This document shows positions 48,845 to 60,054 of a DNA stretch of 64,000 nucleotides, in pieces. A program made the position numbers and the translations under genes. Within the stretch, counting starts at the first letter, position 1. Each line of letters starts with the position of its first letter. The notes below the pieces were generated by a model. The model worked only from the letters and a program-made list of their open reading frames with translations. It did no database searches and was not told the origin of the DNA. This stretch comes from Antedon mediterranea (taxonomy: Eukaryota; Animalia; Echinodermata): contig NC_092679.1 of assembly GCF_964355755.1 (NCBI RefSeq), forward strand, positions 14,367,432 through 14,431,431. The letters run 5' to 3'.

Positions 48845-50330
48845 ATTCTTTCTTTATTCTTTATTCTTTATTTCAAACCAACAGTGTAAAACACCAATAA
48901 CAGGTTGAAAATAAAATAACTAAACTATAAAATAAGCCAATATAAATATATACAAAATGAAAAAAAGATTGTTTAAATAATTTCATTAATAATACATTTA
49001 AATTGATAAAAATTACAGTTAAAAATATCTAAAGAATAATTTTTTTAAAGACATGAATTGTACAATGACGAGAGTCTACAGAAAATACCATTTTTACAAA
49101 CATTGACACGAGAATATTTAACATGAAGAAAGGGTTTACTACGAAGATTACGAACAGGAACATTAAAATAAAACAACGAAACAAGATCACAATCAAACTT
49201 AGAAGTAAGACATTTATACAGGAAGTGCAAGTCCTGTCTTGCTCTCCTAGATGTCGGGGAAACAATAGGAGGCAGGTTGGCTGCTGGGCCGACAAAGCGC
49301 AAGAACTTGTTATGGGTTCGATCAATTCTGGAGGCTTGAGAAGCAGAGAGTGAGTTGTAAATAATTGAACAGAAATCGAAAGATGGTTGGACGAGGGAAA
49401 GATAAAGCGCACGTTTGGTGTGTGGAGAAAAACGTTTGCAATTGCGCCACATCAGCCCCAGCAGCCTATTGGCCTATTAACTTATTCATTCATTCATTTA
49501 TTCCTTCCCCGAAACCTTGACTCAGAAATACCGGGATGGTGTCCGGCGGGGGATAGTTTAACCCTAGAGCTTAAGTTGTGCATGCTTCATTTTACTCTCT
49601 ATTCTTAATTCTGGCCCCGAAACCTTGACTCAGAAATACCGGGATGGTGTCCGGCGGGGGATAGTTTTACCTTAGTTAAGCATAGTTAAGCTTAGTTACA
49701 TTTTTTTTTTTCACATTATTGATTGTCTCCATCCCCGAAACCTCGACTAAGAAATACTGGAATGGTGTCCGGCGGGGGATAGTTTATTACCATTTAGTTA
49801 AGGTCCTATGTAAAGCACCTAGAGGGGTCAGTGATCCATTAGGCGCTATATAAATACTGTTTATTATTATTATTATTATTTTCTGACAACATGATCAACG
49901 TGTGAAATAAATGTCAGTTTACGGTCGATGAAAATGCCGAGGTCCCGGTAAGAGTTTACACTTTCAAGGACTTCTTCTCAAACTGAGTAAGCGAAAATAA
50001 TAGGTTTTTTCTTAAGAGAGCAAGACAGGACTTTGCATTTCTCGGACTTCAGGGACATTTTCCAGTCGGAAACCCACGTACCGAGTCTTTCCAGATCTGC
50101 CTGAAGTGCAACGGAGTCCTCAGTGGTGGTAATAATGTTGTAAATCTTGAGGTCGTCAGCGAACATAAGACAGTTGGAATTTTGAAAGAGATTTGGTATT
50201 TCATTAACAAATATATTGAACAGCAGGGAGGCAAGAATGGAACCTTGAGGCACGCCTGAGATGACTGGGAGAGAATTGAAATGAAGCCATGAATTGATCT
50301 TGGGAAATAATGGGCGAAACATGACATAAA
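48845..50330 (-). mobile_element. 5'-truncated CR1/Jockey-group LINE (reverse transcriptase C-terminal half), interrupted
   Basis: ORF 49978-50421 has SGVPQGSIL..LLFNIFVN and MFADDLKIY RT motifs; continuation ALYLSLVQP in 49045-49452; (AATAAAG)n tail at ~48845-48875. Confidence 0.85.
49483..49880 (+). mobile_element. Nested insertion with three internal direct repeats and an L2-type 3' tail
   Basis: CCCCGAAACCTTGACTCAGAAATACCGGGATGGTGTCCGGCGGGGGATAGTTT occurs three times; ends GGCGCTATATAAATAC..(TTA)n. Confidence 0.65.
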
Positions 50331-50913
50331 AGTTGAGTGTTGATAAGCCTCTCAAGAATTTTGGAGATAGTGGGGAGGAGCGAGATGGGTTAATGCTAAT
50401 GCTACTTTTAAGTGTACACAAACTAGTATCCTAAACTAGAAGTTAAAATAGACTTGAAGCAGGCCCTGATGATTTCTTCTAACATGTTGACTTGTTTGCA
50501 CAAGTCTATCAAGTACGGTACCTCGTTGTTAATTGTTGTGTCGTGTAGAAATTAACGTATTTTTGTAGGATCGTTCACTTTTCTAGTGCGGCGTGTACAA
50601 TCTTCAGTTGTTGCTGGTGAACATAATAGTACAAGTGGTTGACAGCTAGTGGTTTTGTTAAGATTGTCAGTAGAAGCTGTAAAATGCATATTCCATATAA
50701 AATAGTGAGGGTATAGTGGGTTTCATAAAACCGAGTTACGGCGGTCAAGAAGAGTTTTGTTTTGATGTTTTTAATGTACTTGCAGTTAGACCAGTTGACC
50801 GTAATTCAAATTTGCAGAAGTCTACACTAGCAAACAGTGGTTTGCATCTCTGGTTTGTATTTATGAAATGAATAAGATTTTATCCAAGATTCGTTACCGT
50901 AGACTAGTAAGAG

Positions 50914-51100
50914 CAAGGCAATCTAACATCGGGATGGTGAGTTCCGGAAATCAAAGGGCGACACGATCAGACACCGCGCGCAGCGGAAAATATGTACGTG
51001 ATGTTGGTATTTTGTCGCAGCGCAGCCAGACATAAGATCAAATGACTGTTACGAGTTCCTATCTTCGAAGGCGAGCTCAGTGTCTTGTCAGATTGCCTTG
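50914..51100. mobile_element. P-like MITE (copy 4)
   Basis: CAAGGCAATCTAAC...CAGATTGCCTTG with 7-bp TSD GTAAGAG. Confidence 0.75.
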
Positions 51101-51409
51101 GTAAGAGCCGATCTGGCGAACTGGCTTCCGTTTTAAATTTTACGGTCCATCTGACGATTTGACTTCCAAGTGCTCGGATTTGGTAGTGGTGTATCTATTT
51201 TCATCTACTAACATATATTGTATTAGGCCCTATATTATTAAAACCAATCAAACAAGTGGTTTTTTAAAATTAAATTAAACTTACATTAAATATAATGATG
51301 ATCCGTACGTCATTACGAAAAGCACAATTTTGTTTAACCATGTAAATTTATCAGGAAAAACATTACAGTGGCGTTTGTAAAAAGTGTGCACATTTAGGCT
51401 ATAGGGTAT

Positions 51410-51530
51410 TGTGATGTATCATACATATGACTCGTGCTCGGTATCCATTTTGTAGAGAGAGATTTCTTTAATGAACAACAGAGGGCGGCAACACTATTTA
51501 CAGTATGATGTATGTGGTCAATACACTACA
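51410..51530 (-). repeat. 3' LTR (121 bp)
   Basis: Matches 56038-56160 except a 2-bp indel; preceded on the - strand by the polypurine tract AAAGGGGAAGAA. Confidence 0.95.
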
Positions 51531-51734
51531 ATTCTTCCCCTTTAGATTCAATGGTAATAACATTTTAAATAGCATTAAGCTTTAAGGTATATTGCTCGTT
51601 ATAAGATTTATTTATTTTTTTTTTAAACTGTTCTGATAATAAAGTGTTTCAATCTCAAGTGTCCGTAGTCTCATTATTTATATTGTTATCATTATGATTA
51701 TTGTTAACTGTATTGAGTTATGTCTAAAGGTCCA

Positions 51735-53275
51735 TTATAAATCAAGTCTGTTAGGTGGTTTCTTGTTCCTCTGTGGGTATCTCCTTGGTGGTGGTTGTTG
51801 TGGAATCTCAACTGGTTGTTGTATTTCCGGTGGTGGTGTTGGTGTTGCTGAGATAGCTGGTTCTAAATCAACAGGATCTATATCTGGAGGTGTCTCTAGA
51901 TCTAGTGTTAAGCCACTGCTTAGGATTTGATCAATGTGTCTTTTCCAAATCATGTCTGGTCCAACTTTGACTTCATATGACAACTTTCCAGTTTTCCTAT
52001 GAATAATTCCAACTATCCACTTCTGACTCTTTGATCTATAGTCACGAACACACACTTTGTCTCCTTCTTTGAATTCTCTAAGCTTCTTTTCGCTAGTTGG
52101 TTTTCTCTGGCTTTCCTGGTTATTTTCAACTTTTTGACGTAAGTCAGGTATAATGCAATCTAGTCTGGTGCGTAGTTGTCTTCTAATAAACATCATTGCT
52201 GGAGATATTCCAGTTGTGTTGTGTTGGGCATTTCTATATGCTAATAGAAAGTTTGCAAGTTTTTGTTTTGTGTCGTTTCCTTCTTTTGCCGATTTGAGTG
52301 CTCCTTTAAATGATTGCACAAAACGTTCTGCTAACCCATTGGTTGCTGGGTGGTATGGTGCTGATTTGATGTGTCTAATACCATTATTCTTGAGAAACAT
52401 TTCAAATTCTTCTGACACAAATTGCGGACCATTGTCCGATACCAACTGCTTTGGTAGTCCATACCTCGCAAATAAATCACGCAACAGAGTTATTGATTTG
52501 CTTGATGTCGCTGTGGTCGTAGGCAATACCTCAGGCCACTTGGATTGTGCATCCACAACTACCAGATACATTATGTTGTTTATTGGTCCCGCATAGTCGA
52601 TGTGGATACGTTCCCACGGACTGCTCGGCCACTGCCATGGATGTAGGAGGGTGCTTTCTGAGGTTCATGCAGTGTCTTTTGGCATCCACTACAGGTTTTT
52701 GCTAATTTCTCTATGTCAGCATCCACTCTCGGCCACCAAACATAGCTCCTTGCCAAGGACTTCATTTTTACAATGCCCAAATGCCCTTCATGTAACTCGT
52801 CAAGTACTCTTGCTCTGAATTTTGGTGGAACAATGATTCGCGTACCCCATAGCAAACATCCATCAAAAATTGACAGTTCATCACGTCGTCTATGGAATGG
52901 TTCAAATTCCGGATCACAGCTCTTAGGCCAACCCTTCATTGTGTAATCATACACCTTTGACATTGTTGGGTTGTGTAATGTCTCAATCTTGACCTGGGCA
53001 CTTGTTACAGGAAGTGGTTGAAACTGCATAGTGTGAAACACCTCAACCGGATCCTCAGCATTAGCTTCAGTATTTGCTAATGGTAGTCGTGAAAGTCCAT
53101 CTACATTTTTGTGGTTTTCACCTTTCTTGTATTCAATCTCGTAATTGAATCCTGACAAGTAAATTGCCTGGCGAGTTAATCTTGCAGCTGCTGTGGCAGG
53201 AATAGCCCTCGATGTATTGAAGATGTACGTAAGTGGTTTATTGTCTGTAACTAAGGTGAACTTTCGACCAATCAA
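51735..53275 (-). pseudogene. Gypsy RNase H end and integrase (frameshifted near 52640)
   Basis: LHEGHLG...C..C zinc finger; YLVVVDAQSKWPE, VSDNGPQF and YHPATNGLAERFVQ DDE motifs. Confidence 0.92.
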
Positions 53276-53505
53276 GTAACTGGTAAATTTCTTTACTCCT
53301 CATACTATGCCAAGAGCTTCCTTATCAATGTGAGAGTAATTCTTCTCCGCTGCGCTCAAGGTCCTCGATGCATAGGTGATTGGTCGTTCGACTCCATCAA
53401 TGTTGTGTGACAATATGGCTCCTAAGCCATATGGAGAAGCATCTGTAGCTAGCTTAACAGGCAATGTTGGGTCATAATGTGTTAACACATTATCTGCAGT
53501 CACAA

Positions 53506-53847
53506 TACGGCCATACTGCGTTGAAACACCGGTTCTCGTCAGATCACCGAAGTTAAGCAACGTTGGGCCCGGTTGCGTTCTGGATGGGAGACCGTCTAGA
53601 AATCGTGGCGGGTGCTGTATATACTGGAGAGTGATGGTGTAATGGTAATATCGGACTAGCATGTGATAGGCATGGGTTCGAGGTTATCTGTACCATACTA
53701 ATTGCATCCTTAGGCAAGATGCTTTACTCTCATTGCCTAATATGGTAGGCGCTGCACTGCTGGCTGCCGTGGGTCCGTTGAGGGCCTAATCCGAATTTCC
53801 TCAATGAGGACAAATATTAATACAAAATACAAATACAATAAATACAA
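53506..53847 (+). mobile_element. Chimeric SINE (5S rRNA-derived head + tRNA-like segment + CORE-like segment + (TACAAA)n tail) inserted in pol
   Basis: TACGGCCATAC...CTCGTCAGATCACCGAAGTTAAGC...GGATGGGAGACCG...GGGTGCTGTA is 5S-like. It is followed by TGGTGTAATGGTAA...GGGTTCGAG and then GCATCCTTAGGCAAGATGCTTTACTCTC. Removing the insert restores AKQLVTADNVL; ACAA is duplicated at both ends. Confidence 0.85.
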
Positions 53848-55291
53848 GTTGTTTGGCTTTATTAAACGCCATCTCGCAATCCTTTGTCCATGTCCATTTT
53901 TCCTTTTTCTCTAACAGTTTATTCAACGGATGAATTTCTGTAGCTAAGTCTTTCAGGAATCGATGGTAATAGTTGATCAATCCCAAGAATGATCTGAGTT
54001 CACTTACGGTTGTAGGTTTGGGAGCATTTCTAACAGCTTCAATCTTGTCCTCAGTTTTATGTAATCCATTTTTATCTATCACATGACCACAAAAAACGAA
54101 CTTTTCTTTGAAGAATTCACACTTCTTGTCATTGAGGCACAGTCCTCTATCACTGAGAACCTTTAATACTTTTTCTAGATTCCTTAAATGTTCTTCATGA
54201 GTAGTGCCAGTAATAATCATGTCGTCAAGTAGACACTGGACTCCCGGAATACCATTCAGGATTTGTTCCATGGTCCGCTGCCATATGGCAGGAGCAGATG
54301 CAATGCCATACGCTAGTCGATTAAACTGGAATAGCCCTTTGTGTGTATTTATGGTCAGCATGTTTCTGGATTCTTCTTCCATCTCTAAATGTAAATATGC
54401 TTGTTTCAAATCTAGTTTGGTGAACTTCTGTCCACCCGCTAAGGTTGCGAAAACATCCTCGATTCTTGGAAGAGGGTAGCAGTCCACTTTTAACTTTGGA
54501 TTTACTGTAACTTTGTAGTCTCCACACAACCTGACATCTCCATTACTTTTTGGTACAGGCACTATTGGGGTTGCCCAATCACTAGTTTGAATCGGGGTGA
54601 TGATTCCCTGACTCTCGAGGTTCCTTAATTCGGCTTCAACTGGAGGTCGAAGTGCATATGGTACATTCCTTGCCTTAATAAAAACTGGTTGTGCTCCATC
54701 CTGTAAGGTAAGTTTACCTTTTACCCCATTCACCTTTCCAATTTTGTTAAAGAGTTTTGGAAATTTATTCAGTATTGCTGGTACATCAGCTTTGTTGTGG
54801 TCAGCCTTCACTGTGAAGATGCTGGCCCAGTCTAACTTGATATGTGTCAACCACTGACGACCAAACAACGGGGGTCCACCTCTTTCTACTACATATAGTT
54901 TTCCATAGTGTTTCTGTCCGTTGTATTCTACTTTGGCCTTCAAATACCCTTTTGTCTTTACTTCTTCTCCAGTATAAGTTCTAAGTTGAACTTTGGTCGG
55001 CAACAAGTCTGTATTCCTAAAATATTTCTCAAAATCTTCTGTCGAAATCAACGAGAGTGCACTGCCAGTATCCACTATCATGTCCAATGGGATATTATCT
55101 ATCGTTGGTTTTATCTTCACTGATTTCCCAACGTCTACATTATTAACATACACCATGGCTAGAAGGTTGTCTTCTTCTTTATCAACAACATTCACTCGCT
55201 TACCCTTCTTAGTTTGGTGTGGTGTTTGTTTTGATTTACTCCGGCATGCAGCCTTGATATGTCCCTTCTTTTTACAGTTACAGTATGGCAC
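53848..55291 (-). pseudogene. Gypsy protease and reverse transcriptase
   Basis: IVDTGSALSLI protease; WATPIVPVPK, RLCGDYK, KLDLKQAY and CLLDDMII RT motifs. Confidence 0.95.
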
Positions 55292-55944
55292 TCAACTTCT
55301 TTGTACCGGCAGTCGTTTGCCTTATGACCACCCTTGTTGTAGCGATAACATAATTGCTGCTTATTATTGTGTTTCACGTTTATCTTGTTCACAGTACTCT
55401 GTGGTTCTTCTTTAAACTGTTGTTGTAGTAGCGAAGCATCCTTCGTTGCAGTTTCCATAGCAACTGCCATTTGTAGCGCTTTCGCTAATGTAAGCTTTGC
55501 CTCAGCCAACAGTCTTTTTTGTATACTGCCTGACCTAATTCCGCAAACAAGACGATCCCGCAGGGCGTCATTTAGCTGTGCTCCAAATTCACAGTGTTTG
55601 GTGAGGCGTCGTAAATCCGCTAAATAGGCCTGGATTGTTTCACCTTCATGCTGCTCACGTTTGTGAAACCTGAATCTTTCAGCTATAACTAGAGGTTTAG
55701 GACTCAGATGCCTTTCCAACGAATCCACAAGTTCCGGAAATGTTTTGGTTGATGGTAAATCAGGTACTACTAAGTTCTTCAGAAGACCGTAAGTCTTAGG
55801 CCCTATCAAGCTGAGTAACGTAGGTACACGCTTGTCGTCATCCACGCCGTTTGCCATGAAATATGCCTCTAACCTTTCCACATAGGAGGCCCAGTCCTCT
55901 GCCTCGCCGTCATACGGATCGAGTCTACCAATTATAGTACTCAT
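55192..55944 (-). pseudogene. Gypsy gag with CCHC zinc knuckles (frameshifted from pol)
   Basis: WASYVERLEAYF, AERFRFHKREQ, LRDRLVCGI, CYRYNKGGHKANDC. Confidence 0.9.
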
Positions 55945-56022
55945 CTTAGCAGATTGTAGAATATTAACTATTGAATATTCTTACTCACAGATTAATCTTC
56001 TTATTGACGCGCTTTCCGTTAT

Positions 56023-56035
56023 ATTCTCGTCGCCA
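56023..56035 (-). promoter_or_regulatory. Primer-binding site complementary to the tRNA-Ser(GCT) 3' end
   Basis: The - strand reads TGGCGACGAGAAT, 2 nt inside the 5' LTR. The + strand ATTCTCGTCGCCA equals the 3' end of the array's T66 variant plus CCA. Confidence 0.92.
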
Positions 56036-56037
56036 AT

Positions 56038-56160
56038 TGTGATGTATCATACATATGACTCGTGCTCGGTATCCATTTTGTAGAGAGCTAGATTTCTTTA
56101 ATGAACAACAGAGGGCGGCAACACTATTTACAGTATGATGTATGTGGTCAATACACTACA
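56038..56160 (-). repeat. 5' LTR (123 bp)
   Basis: Direct repeat of 51410-51530. Confidence 0.95.
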
Positions 56161-58811
56161 GGTATATATTAATAAGATGATCTAGTAGTAATAAAAACAT
56201 TTCTATTGATGCAATTTTGACATTTTTCACGCTGCTGCTCTAGCCCGCTACGGCACACGAGATGACTCATTCATTAGATGAAATCAAGCAGCAGTATAGT
56301 ACTACACTTTGACATTTTTGTTAAAATGGAAACTCGACTATAATTTATAGGTACCAAAAAACGGCTAGGAAAAGAATCTAATGACAAATCCCAAAGCATT
56401 TCTGGTATTTATGAGTCCCATGATATTACTATAATTCACTGTCAGATAATCATTGAATTATTATCAAAACAGTCCATTGAAGTTTTTGTTTGTAATAGGA
56501 TACTTGAAGTATCTAGGCGTGATGAAGTGACCCCCAGACTTGACCTTAGCAATAACAATAAGCAAGCAGCGTTTTTTGTAAGAAATATTCTTGTTTATAT
56601 TAATTGTGTTGTATTTGTATTTGGGGGGTATTTATTTTATTATACATGTTACCAAATTAAACCCAACATAATAAACGCCTGCCCCGAATAAACTCCTCCC
56701 TCGAATAAACTCCAACCCCCTCCGAATAATAAACGCCTCCCCCGCAGTCTAGAAACACTCTTGAATAATAAACATTTATTCGAATAAATACCTCAAATAC
56801 GGTATGCCTATCTATATTTACAAGATAGTGCGCCCTCCTCCATCAACGTTTCTAATTTTGGAATATAAAAGATTGTTATGCCGCTCTGCTTTATTTTTTT
56901 AGTGTGAACGTAGCCTTAATACCTACTATAGAGGGCGATGTTTATAATTTTATAGAGCGAAAAAACAAACTTTTCATTTATCGGCGGCGGAGTAGGCGAA
57001 TGAGTAGTCGGTTTTCTTGGGAAGTTGATGTGCGCATTTTTAGGCTAGGAAACAATGGAATTGCATATTTTAACAATAGTCCTAATTTTGGAGATTTTAC
57101 TGTTGTATACAACGTCATTTGCTGGATTATCAATTGCAATTTTAGTTGGGAAAACAAAGGTAGGTTAGCTATTTCTAGGTAGATTATCTGACGCTTGCAC
57201 TTTTTCGTACACACACACCCGGCACCTAATTCGAGTTCACCCCCAACTTTAAAATAGTCTGGTTGGTACGAAAGTGAAGTAGAAATAAAGATAGGGCCTA
57301 GCCGTATATTATAAGAACCTGTCCGTGAGATGAATGTGTGTGAGGATTATAAACGATGAGTCACCCACAAACTAGGCCTAGGCTGACGAAATTCTTAAGT
57401 AGGGAACTTTAATATTATAAAAAAGGACATTTTTGGAATAAAAAAAAAATATAGAATTGTTTAAAAAAGAAGGAGCTCTCTGAAGAAACCTGTCTTTGCT
57501 AGCTAGGTGAATCTTACCTATCTGTGTGCGAACCAAATGAATGAAATATTTCCACAAAGAAAAAATATGCGACCTTTTAATTATTCGATATTAGACCTAT
57601 AATAATTATTAATCAGAAGTTTGATCTTGTACGAGTAGTGCTGAAACTAAAAAACTCAATTAAGGACCTAGGCCTAGAATTCATCACAGAAATATAATTG
57701 GAATCTGAATACATGCATATCAGTGGTGGTGTTTTGGAGAGGGTTGTCATGCGTGCAAAGTTTAGCATTCAATGCCTGAGACTGTCAAGTGGGTTGGGGC
57801 GGAGCCCTCGGAAGCTCCGATGATTGTAGACATTTAAAGGTACAGTAGTTTCAAATATGAAAACCCTTGATTGGACTAATAATGTTAATTATTTTTATTT
57901 GTGCACAAATAAATTCACCAGTGGAAAACTATTCTACAGTATGATAGGAAGGAACCCTTGCCACCAAAATTACCAAGGAGTTGTTCCATCATTTAAAAAT
58001 GGTCAGAACTTTTGCTGGTTAATCCCATAGATCAGGTTCGTACAGGATGATCAGATATCCTCAAATGTTTGACCTTTCAACTTTTAGGCCTATATCTTTT
58101 CAATCATTGAGTCAAATACTGGAACTTAAGCAATAAACTGAGCAATACCTGCAAAAGGTAACAACTTGTAATAAGTTGTAACCAGTTTGCATAATTTGGA
58201 AAATCCCTTGCAATTTCACAATTGACCCTTTGGAATTTCGGGAGAAAAATACACATGAAAGGCCTAGCTTTTTTGTTAAAGATGTCCCGAGTTGTTACTG
58301 TGCATGCGTGTATTGCCCTGGTACTGATCAATCATAGTAATCAAAATAGCGTGCAACTATGCTTTCTCCCAATGTTTTATCATGGTTCATGTACTGTATG
58401 AAATGTGTAATAAATTGGGAGATCAAACCTGTTTACTTATGCAGGTGTGAAAAAGGTACTGTTCATTATAATGAAAATTGAAAAGCAAGTGCAAAAAAAA
58501 ATGATACATGGGAGATCACATCCCAAAAAAGTATCTCCATAGAGATGTTCCTTGAATAGGGTTTGGTCATCGTATTCACAGGAAAGACAAACATCACAAA
58601 AGGGGCTCTACTTTATTTATGAAATATTATAATAATGCAATAATAATTATTAAATAATAAACTAAAATTATATTGAAAATAAATATAAATATTAAAAGTA
58701 TGTATGTAAACCCTAGATTGAATGATTTTTACTTCAATTCAACCTTTTGAATTAGTTTGAACATTGAGTGTTTTTAAACATTGTAATTTCGAGGCAATAC
58801 AATGTATACTG

Positions 58812-59132
58812 GTGAGTGAGTGGCCGAGCGGTTAAGACAGTGGAACCGTAATCACGTAGCCATAACATCGGCAGGGGTTCGAGGCTCACTCACTCCATGG
58901 TTCTGGTGGTAGAACGAGTCTTCTCGGATAAGGACTATAAACCGTAGGTCCAGTGTACACAACTTGCTCGTGTGCACTTTAAAGAACCTAGTACATCTTT
59001 CGAGACGAGTAGGGGGTTACCCCGGTGTATTAGTACATCACAGCCACTGATCACCAACTGGGCCCTCTGGGAGATCAGTCTTTGACTGAAGAGGTCACCC
59101 AGTATAAAAATAAAACAAACAAACAAACAAAC
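58812..59132 (+). mobile_element. tRNA-headed SINE with Deu/Nin-like central domain and (CAAA)n tail
   Basis: A-box TGGCCGAGCGG and B-box GGTTCGAG; TCGGATAAGGACTATAAACCGTAGGTCC...TTAAAGAACC...GAGTAGGGGGTTACCCCGGTGT resembles the recalled Deu-domain; second copy at 28319. Confidence 0.75.
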
Positions 59133-60054
59133 TGAATGTTACAAAAATAATTTAATTGAAATGTATAAAATGTCATAATTTTTTATCCAAAAACTTCTTA
59201 AGTTATGTAAGTCTGTGTCAACACTATTATTAAATAAGTTTGACAAAAAAAGTGCTCGCACAAATATGGTAGTGATGACATCATCATGTCCATATATGGG
59301 CACATCACAATTTCTTGTCGCATAAAGTTTGATAGTGTAAGTAGTAGACAGAGCTGAAGAAGTAGTAAATGAAACAAATCAAAATAATGTTCCATAAAAT
59401 TTGGAATTTTACGTCAATTAAATATTAAATTTAAAATAGTGTAATACAGTGTGTATGTGAATAGATCCTACTAACTTTTTCTCATACTACATATTAATTA
59501 CATGTTCAACAATATTAATTAACCAAATGTTGTTTTTTTTTATTGGTATTTTTATCATTTAAATAATCATTTAAAATAAATCAAAGTTAAACATATAGAA
59601 TATTAGATACTGATTTTGTGACTATGAATGTATAATACATGTGTTCAACTCAAGGCCTACTCTACAGTACTGTGATAGGAAATGACTCAGATTTTTAAAT
59701 ACACACAAATTATTCTGCGTTTCCTTAAATGTTTGTCAAATATGTCAAAGTACACTTTAAAGAATCTTAAATAAAGATTATTGATATTTGAAGATTATAA
59801 TAACTTATCCTTATTATCAAATATAGAAATTAAACTCTTAAAAAAGCATCAATAAACCTACAATAGGATCCCTATTTTGCAAACAGCTTCACGACCCAAC
59901 AAAATGTCACCTTTAATAATACCTGAATAGTTTGGTGTTGAAACATATTGCTCCGGGAAAGTTTCGTCCCAAGAGTGTCTCAAATGAGATGTTTTACAGT
60001 ACTGTTTTAAAAATTACCGTAGTTAATTTTAAGGTTTGTATTGTTAGTTTAAAA

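Larger units (their letters stand above)
51410..56160 (-). mobile_element. Full-length, decayed Ty3/Gypsy LTR retrotransposon (Mag / K02A2.6-like)
   Basis: LTRs 51410-51530 and 56038-56160 (TGT...ACA), TSD GGTAT (51405-09 and 56161-65), PBS 56023-56035, PPT beside the 3' LTR. Domain order is gag-PR-RT-RH-IN. Confidence 0.97.

Noticed and set aside
53506-53622. Functional 5S rRNA gene
   Set aside because: It is diverged, lacks the first bases and a T-run terminator, is fused to tRNA-like and CORE-like segments with a simple-repeat tail, and sits inside pol. This is a SINE head.
53300-53662. Separate 120-aa gene
   Set aside because: Chimera of antisense SINE sequence and the RNase H region of pol.
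55192-55291. Programmed gag-pol ribosomal frameshift
   Set aside because: The shift falls inside a CCHC knuckle and is explained by a 5-bp duplication (CAT-ACTGT-AACTGT); removing it restores ECHNCKKKGH in a single ORF.
58812-58895. Bona fide tRNA gene
   Set aside because: The anticodon arm does not fold canonically and the sequence continues into a repeated SINE body.
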